Below are positions 1 through 10,399 of a DNA stretch of 64,000 bases, piece by piece. The notes beneath the pieces were generated by a model that was not told the origin of the DNA, searched no databases, and saw only the letters and a list, made by a program, of their open reading frames with translations. How positions within the stretch are numbered: the first letter of the stretch is position 1; the number at the start of each line of letters is the position of its first letter. The DNA comes from Octopus vulgaris. Taxonomy: Eukaryota. The stretch lies in NCBI GenBank assembly GCA_951406725.2, contig OX597815.1, positions 34,100,001 through 34,164,000 of the forward strand, written 5' to 3'. The position numbers and the translations under genes are program-made.

Positions 1-136
1 ATTTTGTACATCAACATGTTCCACTTGATATCTCTCTTGTCTTTCATAACCAGAATTAATAATTAGGTTAACGAACATTTCTATTCACTACGTGCGTAAT
101 TCTTATTAACTGAAATTTCTTGTCTCACAACATTAC

Positions 137-725
137 GTATATCAGCCACCAAACTCCAATTGGCTTAAAGATTTCTCTACCGTTTCCTACAATTCAATCA
201 CTTCGGTCGATACCTTCGATATTATTGGCAATTCTCAACTTTCTACCTCCGTCTATATCAAACCTAAAAGCTTATATTGTTACTAACACTGTATTAATTT
301 CTCTAAATCTGTATTTTTCAATGGCCTCTATTCATTTTATGGCTTCTTATCAAAAATATTTTTTCAAATGATCTAACGACTTTATAACGATATATAAATT
401 TATGCATCAAACTAAAAGTAAGAAAATGTGGAATTTTGAAAGATCCTGTGTAAGATTGTTACAATTTTAATTATTTCAGGTGTGAGAAATACGTCAAGAG
501 TCTCTTTTCCTAAAACATGAATTAGGTACATCTAGGAAAACATGTATTAAAGTGTTTGAATCTAACAAAAATGTTGACAGTTAACAAATGTCAAGTGAGA
601 ATGTCCAAACGATATTAACAGATCTTTATCTATCTTTAAAGATATCGAAGGTATCGACTGAAGTGATTAAATTGTAGGAAACGGTAGAGAATTCTTAAGC
701 CAATTGGGGTGGGGTGGCTAATATA
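137..725. repeat. Inverted repeat, ~85-bp arms (137-222 / 641-725), ~420-bp spacer
   Basis: ccaattggcttaaagatttctctaccgtttcctacaattcaatcacttcggtcgataccttcgatat is matched, with a few mismatches, by the reverse complement of 641-725. Confidence 0.85.
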
Positions 726-1759
726 AGCAATCTGTCTAATTACCTCAACTGACCTTTTTCTCAATCCGAGTGACTTGGACTTAGAAATTTTGACACCAGT
801 TCCTTCAGATTTTGCTTCTTCTCACATCACACAGTCCTCACACCATTCACGTCACTTCTCATTGATTTCCTCATCCTTTTCTACACATCAACCATCACCT
901 CGCCACTCATTTGCTTTATACATTTTCTCTTTCACAAATTTGCATCATAAGCATCATACTGTACTTCTTTATATTCTCTCTCACACAGTCTCCCACTCTC
1001 TTTATCTTTCTCACACGCTCAAGATGGACAAGTGTCTCAGACGTTAGATTATTTCATTCAAGTCACCCCACCGAACTCTTCTATGAACTTTATTCACAGA
1101 AATCGCTGTTTCATTAGTCAAGCTAATTACTAATTAGACGATAGACACACGCCACATTCGCTATTTAATTTCCATAATATTTATAATTCAGAAGCTAAGT
1201 TAGTACAGCTCCTCAGTTTATCAGCTCGCTTCTGTATGTAATTATAACGATTTAGTATTGCTTTGCCGATGATTAATATTGTATCGTCATTTTTGTAATG
1301 GAAAATCATGTCAGACATACTACACGTCATCTGATTTTCACTTTGTCATTTTATAAGTCAGCTGGATGTTGATACAACTACCTCAAGACTTTTTCTACCA
1401 GCAACTGGCATCTGATGACAAGGCTTTTTACTGAGTCATTGTGTCTTCAATAATATTTTATCAGAGCTAGTGTGGGACGTCTGGATACATTGTGGGGTTG
1501 TATTTCAGAGAATACAACACACAGGTAACAGATTTTATCTAAATCAGAATTGTAAACGCTGTGGGACATTATATAGGGTAAGAATATAAGAAACATTCAA
1601 ATCTTATAGTAAAATGGATAACCCGGATGAATCAGGATTTTTCAAGAACGAGATTTGTTTCTTGTCTCAACCCAGATAAATGTTGCGGGTTAACTTTTGG
1701 TGCACTATGATCCAGTTTATAACAACAAAAATACTCTCGTTTAGCTACATCTTGTGTAT

Positions 1760-2663
1760 CTTGTTTATAGATAAACGAAAAGAGTATGCGAGAAGCAACT
1801 CCGAAACACTGATTTAAGCTGTCAGAGAAGAGGAGAAAGCTACGGAGACGGCAACGGAATACAAGAAAAGAAAAAAAAAAACAGGAGCGAGAAAATAATG
1901 TGAGGAAAAGAACTATAGGATTAGCATTTCAGACGAACGTCGGGCGTCACAGCAGAGGAGTCTTGATTATGGCCGAAGAATAGCGACCGCAAGACTCATA
2001 ATGGCTGTTCAAAGCCAGTCGCCCAAAATAGACAAATCCGCGAAATGTGCAAATGTGCAAAGTGCAGAGTATGTAATGAAAAAGAGGAATCCGTTATGCA
2101 CATAAATTCCTGTAGTCCTTTGGCACAGAAGGAGCATAGACGCATACATGACTGTCTGGCCAAGGCTGGGACATTATACGGTAAAGAGGATTTAATGTAG
2201 AAAGAAAATAGTACAATATCAACCAGAAAGTATAATAGTGAACGACCAAGACACGATTTTATTAGGTTTTGACGTATAAACTGATCGCGAAATTCATGCC
2301 AAGCGACCAGATATTATGGTTCTGGATAAGGAGAAAGAGAGTGCATCATCGAAGATGTGGTTCTATCTCTGGAGACATGAATGTGGCGGTCAAAGAACAG
2401 GAGTAAAGGAAAATACCCAAATTTGGCCAGGGAAATACGACGACTGTGGAGGGTTCCTACAAAAGTAATGTCAGATGTTATAGGTACCCGAGGTACCGTC
2501 GCCAACAGTCTTAACAGTTCTTTTTTTTGAGATTAGCGTTATTACGAGAGTTGCATTAATATAGAAATCTGCCCTATTAGGAACAGTAAGGATTTTAAGA
2601 AAGGTCCTCGAAATCTAAGGAAACTGGTTATGACCCGGTATCATGGATATTGATTCCGAATGA
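1760..2663 (+). mobile_element. Decayed 3' end of an R4/Dong-like non-LTR retrotransposon (CCHC knuckle plus restriction-like endonuclease)
   Basis: Manual translation across frameshifts: KCRVCNEKEESVMHINSCSPLAQKEHRRIHD (from ~2060), TDREIHAKRPDIMVLDKEKE, CIIEDV, KYPNLAREIRRLWRVPTKV..VIGTRGTV, KSALLGTVRILRKVLEI*. It abuts an (ATT)n tract. The 5' boundary is uncertain. Confidence 0.85.
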
Positions 2664-3223
2664 ATTATTATTATTATTATTATTGAGTGAGAGAGCAGTT
2701 CATGCCATCAAAGTGACACTGGGGTAAAATATACGAAGCCCAATATACCCATCATGACTACCCGTCTGATAAGGGTACACCAGGCACATGCATCACAACC
2801 ATATGTGCGCGACATGGTGATCTCATATCAGATTAACAGCACATGACCTTGCAGGTGGGGCCCAGTTAGAAATTTCTTCAGGTTGAGTAGCCCATCCCGC
2901 TCAAAAGGTCCCTGAATAAGGGTTGTTTAAGGATGTTGAAAGAACCACCCATGTTTCCAGAGGTGAATTATTCAAACCCCAAAGAATCCCTCTCAACACA
3001 CGGCTATGATGCTCCCCCACTACTTCTGTTCATGATCAGAGATGCACATATCGTCAGCCACTAAGGGACATGCTCAACTGGTTATGGTCAAACAACTGAC
3101 AAGCAAATCTGTGGTATTGAGCAGAATATTTGCTGTAGCCCATCTTTTACACCAAGACAAAAAAATGTACATGATAACACTTCCAATCAGTTAAGATGAC
3201 AAGCCATGAGAGCCACTGCCTGG
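2664..3223 (-). mobile_element. Retroposon fragment with (AAT)n tail (family D; LINE 3' UTR-like or non-autonomous), copy 1
   Basis: The same sequence recurs at 3323-3826, 49980-50124 and 56578-56946. It ends ...ctctctcactc(aat)n on the minus strand. Confidence 0.75.
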
Positions 3224-3228
3224 TATTA

Positions 3229-3305
<77 letters not shown>

Positions 3306-3322
3306 AATAATACTAATAATAA
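3224..3322. repeat. (ATT)n/(AAT)n microsatellite
   Basis: Direct reading. Confidence 0.95.
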
Positions 3323-3826
3323 TATCATGTACATTGTTTTGTCTTGGTATAAAAGATGGCCTACAGTAAATATTCTGCTCAATACCACAGATTTGCTTGT
3401 CATTTGTATGGCCATAACCAGTTGAACATGTCTCCTAGTGGCTGACAATATGTGCATCTCTGATCACGAGCAGAAGTAGTGGAGGAGCATCATAGTCATG
3501 TGTTGAAAGGAATTCTTTGGGGTTTTGATAATTCACCTTTGGAAACATGGGTATTTCGTTCAACATCCTTAAACAACGTTTATTCAGGAACCTTTTGTGC
3601 GGGATGGATTACTCAAGCTAAAAAAAGATTCTAACAGGGCCTCACCTGCAAAGTCATGCGTTGTTTATCTTGATTTGAGATCACCACGTCGTGCACATAT
3701 GGTTGTGATGCATGTACCTGGTGAACCCTTTTCAGACGGGTAGTCATGATGGGTATACTGGGCTTCGTATATTTTACCTCAGTGTCACTTTAATGGCATG
3801 CACTACTCCCTCACTCAATGATAATA
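3323..3826 (+). mobile_element. Family D retroposon fragment, copy 2 (inverted relative to copy 1)
   Basis: Diverged reverse complement of 2685-3176; ends tcactcaatgataataa. Confidence 0.75.
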
Positions 3827-3988
3827 ACGCACGATAAAAATTAAGGAGATAAGCACCTTCCAATATATACAAACTGCGCAATAACGAAAACTGTAAACCT
3901 CAGCAAAACCTATTAAAAGAAAGGGAAAATTCAAAAAATTAAATTCAAAAATAATAATAATAATAATAACAACAACAACAACAACAAC

Positions 3989-4036
<48 letters not shown>

Positions 4037-4100
4037 GGAAAAGGAAATGAAAGAGCAACTGAGGATGGAGTATTTCCGAAGACTGAGGTTAGAGTTGCGC

Positions 4101-4187
4101 TCAAATTTGAACTCAGAACATAAAGATAGACGAAATGTCGTTAAGCATTTCGCCCGGCGTGCTAATTCTCTGCAAGCTCGCCGCCTT
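4101..4187 (-). mobile_element. SINE family A, tRNA-like head fragment
   Basis: Minus strand reads ggcggcgagcttgcagagaattagcacgccgggcgaaatgcttaac...gagttcaaatt. Confidence 0.8.
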
Positions 4188-4579
4188 AAAACTACCGAAT
4201 ATTGAATAATGATAATAATAACAATAGCAATGATCATCATCACGATCATCATTATTTCTAAACGCTACCATACTTCATTGCCGCTAATAGTACTTTCATA
4301 AATCATCATAATCAAGCTGAACGGTAACAGCAGCAGCAGCAGCAGCAGCAATAGACTGAAGTAGACCTTTAAAGTCACTTGTTTGTATTGATATAGTTTA
4401 GTGACAGGAGGAAAGTCATGATCTCTCTTCTAGGGCTTTTTAGAGAGGTGGGTGAGGAGAAAGAGGGAATGAGGAGAGGTAAGAAAAGCGGTAGCAATCT
4501 ACATCTGATGGGATAATACCGTAGCAAGTAGAGTATCAAAATGTCGTGTGCTATTTTTCAGACTTGTTATACTCAGTGG

Positions 4580-5053
4580 ACGTTGGCCATGCTGGAGCAC
4601 AACTCTGAAGTGTTAAGTGGTCTAGTTTGGCCGCAAGACTTCATTTTAACTCTGGTAGTTATTTTGTCATTTTCTAGCCGAACCACTAAGTAACGGAGAG
4701 GTAAACAGACCAATACCGGTTGTTAAAGACACAGACACAAACACATGCATCATGCATACTGTGTATATGTATGTATATATATATACATACACACTTGCAG
4801 CAATACCCGTCATTGATCGGGTAATTACTTTTACTTTCTCAGGTGTCACAATCTAAGTGTTATTGTATATATAGATTTTCTCCTCCTGTATGTATTATTT
4901 TATATATCAATACGGTAATAGCAATTGTATAGTACACAAGGCTTTGGTCGGCACGGAGCTGTAGTGAAAGAGTACCCAACGTGCCGCACAGTGGGACTGA
5001 ACCCATGGCGACATGGTTGGAAAGCAAGCTTCTCAACCGCACAGCCACGCCTA
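4580..5053 (-). mobile_element. SINE family B (tRNA head plus CORE-like domain), diverged and interrupted
   Basis: ggccatgctggagcac 3' part at ~4585 and head cagtgggactgaacc...acagccacgcc at ~4990-5051. Confidence 0.7.
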
Positions 5054-5185
5054 TAAAGAATAGATACATCTTGGATAATATACTCCTTGATACAATATGC
5101 TTAACAAAAAGATGGGATATTTACGGCGAGAAAGCCTTTGATTTTAATATTCACTCAAGCAATGCAACAACAACGCTACACCATA

Positions 5186-5664
5186 CAGGGTGTTCCAGAA
5201 TTATCTGTTTCAATGAAATTGAGCAATTTTTTCAAAAACTGACAGAATTTTATGTTTATTACCAAAACAAATACATTTATAAATCTTACTTCAAATTTTT
5301 ATTGAAAATTTTCAACATGTCTGTATCCTTGCATACTTCAAATCTCTCCTTAGCATTGTGAAACACATTTTTAAGCATTTCAGGAGTTAGCTCCTGCACT
5401 GCTAAGTGAGTGTGTTCTCTAAGCTCAGCTAAACGGTTACTCCATCCTGGGGATGGAGGTAAAGGAAATGATTGCTGCCAAATTGAAAAAAGCTGTAATT
5501 GATAAATAAGAGGGGTTTAACAGAAATGAAAATAAAATTATAAACGAAATTCAAAATCTATAGATTATTAACATATATTAAACATGATAAATATAAATAA
5601 AAGTGAGTTTTGAAAAAAATGCATCCGATTTCACTAAAATCGTCATTAATTCTGGGACACCCTG
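5186..5664 (-). mobile_element. Internally deleted Tc1/mariner-superfamily DNA transposon
   Basis: TIRs cagggtgttccagaatta (5186-5203, preceded by TA) and taattctgggacaccctg (5647-5664). The minus strand encodes a transposase-like C-terminus, LAELREHTHLAVQELTPEMLKNVFHNAKERFEVCKD..HVE. Confidence 0.85.
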
Positions 5665-6349
5665 TTTTTACTAGTCCGACTAAACGGGGAAGGGAACACA
5701 GGGGGTGGGGAGTAATTGCAGATGGCGAGCGTAGCTTCCGGAAGTGGTCACACAGTCAAGCACAAATGGCTGTGAGTCACAACAACAGTTTGTTTTTTTG
5801 TATGAACATTTTGCATTGTATAGTTCAGACATGAATGACATAGAAAGCAGACATGCTGCCAGGCCATGCTGCATTGTGCAGGATTGGAATCGTGAAACAT
5901 CAACAGGGCACTTCTGAAGAATGGATGAATATGTTTCTTGTGCCTTTACCCAGCCGCACACACACGTACATGATGGTGCTCAGGATGGTAACATGAAGCA
6001 TCAAAGGGAGCTGACAAAAAAATTTAATTTTCTCCTCATTTCCTCTGCCAAATTGAACAAAAACTTATAATGCAGAAGTAGTGTCAATATTTTACCGTCG
6101 GAAAGTGGCCCAAAACAAAGATAAAGCCAAGTGCAGTATACTCAAACCTGATTAATCTGCATTTTGGTGGGGCCCAGAGTCGGCATCGGAAATTTTTTTT
6201 AGTCAACAGCAATTCTAGGAGCCTGATTAATGTTTGTTGCAAATTTGGAAAAAGGCGACTGGATACTCTTAAATTGCTTTAAAAAAATGCGGTTTACCTG
6301 CCTCTGGGCCCGCATTAGGCAAGAAGTTGAAAATGTCTTTGACCCATGA

Positions 6350-6530
6350 CACTCCACCATCACGTGATAACCGATGTTGGTGTGTTTATGTCCCCGTAAC
6401 TTAGCTGTTCGGCAAAAGGTACCGATAGAATAAGTACCAGGCTTACAAATAATAAGATCTGGGGGTCGATTTCTTCGACTAAAGGCAGTGCTCCAGCATA
6501 CTCACTGTCAAATGACTGAAACAAGTAAAT
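6350..6530 (+). mobile_element. SINE family B, 3' half
   Basis: aaccgatgttggtgtgtttatgtccccgtaacttagctgttcggcaaaag...aaatgactgaaacaagtaaa. Confidence 0.85.
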
Positions 6531-6547
6531 ACACACACACAAACACA

Positions 6548-6621
<74 letters not shown>

Positions 6622-6639
6622 TACACTCATGCAAACACA

Positions 6640-6828
6640 CAGAGATGAGCACTTATGTGCAAAACAAGGCAGAAAAATCTAGTACTCGAATACCAAAGGT
6701 AGAATAATATGCTTTTATCTGTTGCTCCGAGTTACACGTTCTCGTTACTCGATTCACGTTCCCGTCGTCAGACGGGAACGTGAATCGTGTAACAGTTTTT
6801 CTGATAATTTTGCAGCTTTAATAAAGCG

Positions 6829-6830
<2 letters not shown>
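6640..6830. mobile_element. Penelope-like terminal-repeat fragment with a fold-back junction
   Basis: 17-bp perfect hairpin at 6750-6787, a minus-strand ctgacga...gaa core and a downstream aataaa. The family assignment is inference. Confidence 0.45.
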
Positions 6831-6889
<59 letters not shown>

Positions 6890-6933
6890 GTGCAGCCACT
6901 CCTGCACATATATATATACATATATATATATAT

Positions 6934-7061
6934 GTGCAGGAGTGGCTGTGTGGTAAGTAGCTTGCGTGGCACCTTGGGAAAGTGTCTTCTGCTACAGCCT
7001 CGGGCCGACCAAAGCCTTGTGAGTGGATTTGGTAGAGGGAAACTGAAAGAAGCCCGTCGTG

Positions 7062-7110
<49 letters not shown>

Positions 7111-7270
7111 ATGTGTGTGTGTGTGTGTTTGAGTTTGTGTTTGTCCCCCAGCATCACTTTACAACCGATGCTAGTGTATAATTTAGTGGTTCGGCAAAAA
7201 AGACCATTAAAATAAGTACTAGGGGTCGATTTGCTCGACTAAAAGCCGCAGTCAAATGACTAAAACGAAT

Positions 7271-7272
<2 letters not shown>
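6934..7272 (+). mobile_element. SINE family B with deletions
   Basis: gcaggagtggctgtgtggtaagtagcttg...accttgggaaagtgtctt...internal (TA)n(TG)n...gtcaaatgactaaaac. Confidence 0.9.
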
Positions 7273-7309
<37 letters not shown>

Positions 7310-7344
7310 GTGTGATGTGTGTGTGTGTATGTGTGTGATCTAAT

Positions 7345-7498
7345 TCTGGACAGTTTCCGCCTAATATTTCGATTCACAAGGCATTGGTCGGCACGGGACT
7401 ATATTATAAGGCACTCACACAAGATGACATGTAGTGAAACTTGAACCTAAAATTACGTAGCTGCTTAAACTCTTAACTACACAGCCATGTCTGCGCCT
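7345..7498 (-). mobile_element. Old SINE family B head fragment
   Basis: cacaaggcattggtcggcacgggactat...acacagccatgtctgcgcct. Confidence 0.65.
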
Positions 7499-7846
7499 GT
7501 GAACTTTGGCAGCGAAGTTGTGCTACATTCTGGGCAATCACAACTCTCAGTTCGTCCACCGAACCTTCCTCATCGTGTTAGGTTTATAACGAATAGAAGC
7601 AGAGTTTTTAAATGTATTTTTTTTTCTGCCAGAATTCATTGCATTGTAATGGTGTTTTCTTTTACGTATCAGTTGTTACTCCTGTGGTTATCTTGCACTA
7701 AAACATACTTGCATGATTAATCATGAAATTACAGTCAAGAGAAAAAATTCAAAATTTATTTAAACAAGAGTAAAACAAAATGCTGTCTAGCTGCCCCAGC
7801 GTTTTTTTAACGAATTTTTTTAAAGAATGAAAGAAGGACAAACACA

Positions 7847-7900
<54 letters not shown>

Positions 7901-8094
7901 AAGGGAGAGAGCGAGAGAGAGAGAGACAGGTGGGGAGAGAGAAACAAATTTGGAAAAAAAAAACTCAACATTAAAAACAGACGTATACGAATATATAAAC
8001 ATGAGCAAGTGAATACTATGAATTAAGTAACCCATACTAATGTTAACACACACACACACACGCACTCACACGGAGAGAGAGAATAAGAGAGAGA

Positions 8095-8140
<46 letters not shown>

Positions 8141-8708
8141 CCTTTGGGTCAAGTCACACAGCATCAAATGCAACCGGTCGCTTGACTTCTTCAGTTAGTT
8201 TCAAAGACGCAGTCATATGAAGCGGAATCTGAGGGCGGTGAAGATGTTGCCTGCTCAGTCGTGCAGAAATGTCTAGTGTCAGAGGGTAAAATAAAATAGG
8301 GATATATTTTGTTGGTGCTGTATAATGGTAACCGCTAATGCACACATACACACACACACACATCTACACACCTACACACACCCATACACATACAGACACA
8401 CACGCTCATACACTTACACGCATCACCAATTTACAGTGCACTTAAAATACATTTCCCGTTATACATACATACAAGCATACATACAACTGACATGTACATA
8501 TACGCACAAATATATACATACACATATATATATATATAAACATACAAATACACACACACGCGCGCACACACACACATGCACACACACTTGCACTCACACA
8601 CACACATACACATACGCACACGCATATCCATTTACATTAGAGTGTATCTAGAATATATTTGTCTTTATATTTTTTCAAAGAACTTATTTTATATATATAT
8701 ATATTCTC

Positions 8709-8742
<34 letters not shown>

Positions 8743-8940
8743 CCCAGGAAAGATATAAATATATCTTGTTGGTCATATTCTGGATTAAAGTTCGTAGAAA
8801 CAAAAGTACAAAGATGAATGGTCTGGAAGGTTAGGCGTATAGGTAAGGGCAAAAAACACTCATCGTGATACTAAATTTAGACGGAAAAAATAACTACTAA
8901 CAATCACGCACACACACACACACACGCACGCACGCACACA

Positions 8941-9036
<96 letters not shown>

Positions 9037-9323
9037 ATACGCATACATAAGCATGCACATATACACACAAGCGTGCGCCTATTCTTTGACAAAAACATAT
9101 AAAGAGACCCAGCCGTCACCAGCGGACGTTTATAGCTTGGTAACAAGTACGATTCTTTCACTGATGAATTTAGATGTCAATGCAGTCCCGAGTAGACAAG
9201 GACTCCTTCGCAACTGATCAATCCTCTGACTAGTAGTACGTCCAGGCTGTGTCTTCAATATAACATACCTAAAGAAAACCTACTTCCTGAGTTCTCTAGC
9301 AATCATTATTTTGTTCTCTTATT

Positions 9324-9702
9324 TTTTTTTTGATGAAGCACTCCGTCGGTTACGACGATGAGGGTTCCGGTTGATCCGAATCAACGGAACAGCCTGCTCG
9401 TGAAATTAACGTGTATGTGGTTGAGCACTCCACCGACACGTAGTTCTCGGTGATATTCAGTGTGACACAGAGAGTGACAAGGCCGGCCCCTTATACAGGT
9501 ACAACAGAAACAGGAAGTAAGAGTGAGAGAAAGTTGTGGTGAAAGAGTACAGCAGGGATCACCACCATCCCCTGCCGGAGCCTCGTGGAGCTTTTAGGTG
9601 TTTTCGCTCAATAAACACTCACAATGCCCGGTCTGGTAATCGAAACCGCGATCCTATGACCGCGAGTCCGCTGCCCTAACCACTGGGCCATTGCGCCTCC
9701 AC
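9324..9702 (-). mobile_element. SINE family C (tRNA-derived), full length with TSD
   Basis: Head ggaggcgcaatggcccagtggttagggcagcggactcgcgg...ggtttcgattacc with A/B boxes, an A-rich tail, and a 14-bp TSD tttgttctcttatt at 9310-9323 and 9703-9716. Confidence 0.9.
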
Positions 9703-10003
9703 TTTGTTCTCTTATTATTTAGATAAGGAATGTTGGAACGGCTGCATATGAATATTATGTCATTCAATACCCGAGTGAACTTCATGCAACAATTACTTAT
9801 TATGATGGAGTAAAGCCAAGGGTTGCGGACACTTATCACCTAGCTAAAAAGAAGAAATATTCTTAATAAAAATCCTGAGGTTATGAACCTCTATTTGTTA
9901 AAGAGAAATGTTCAGGGTTTTGGAAAGTCCAACATATGGAAAGCAAAGAACAAAAGGAAGCTGTACAACTGCAGCTGTTCCGAAATTTTTCATTTATTGA
10001 CTA

Positions 10004-10396
10004 CTAGCAGTATCGCCCGGCGTTGCTCGGGTTTGTAAGGGAAATAACTATAAAGCATTTTTAGAGAGTTATAGCCAAAAAATAGCAAAAATGCATTAAA
10101 AATGAAAAAAAAATTATGGTAATTTTTTTTAAAAATCGATGACTCATCGTAGACATTTTTAGAGAGTTACTTCCTTTATTAAAAAATATGCGTTAAAATG
10201 GAAAAAAATGATGTTAAATTATTTTTAAAATCGTAGACTCATCGTAGACGCGCGCTAATACCCAGAAGGGCTCGATATGAATCACGACTATAAGATACCC
10301 GCTTTTGGTTAAACTGCACCGCAAAATGTGGGAGTAGTTAGGAATCTAAATCGAAGGGGACAGACACTCACACAACTACAGTTTTATATATATAGA
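10004..10396 (-). mobile_element. Non-autonomous Helitron
   Basis: The minus strand starts TC and ends CTAG, sits between A and T without a TSD, and has a subterminal hairpin cccgagcaacgccggg (10016-10031). An internal ~100-bp tandem duplication repeats catttttagagagtta. Confidence 0.88.
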
Positions 10397-10399
10397 TGA

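Noticed and set aside
8748-8842. Possible exon (pyrimidine tract-CAG ... AG/GTAAG)
   Set aside because: The acceptor tract comes from a microsatellite, the peptide is unrecognisable, and no partner exons were found.
9630-9701. tRNA gene-like sequence
   Set aside because: It is the head of a TSD-flanked SINE; the same applies to the family A and B heads.
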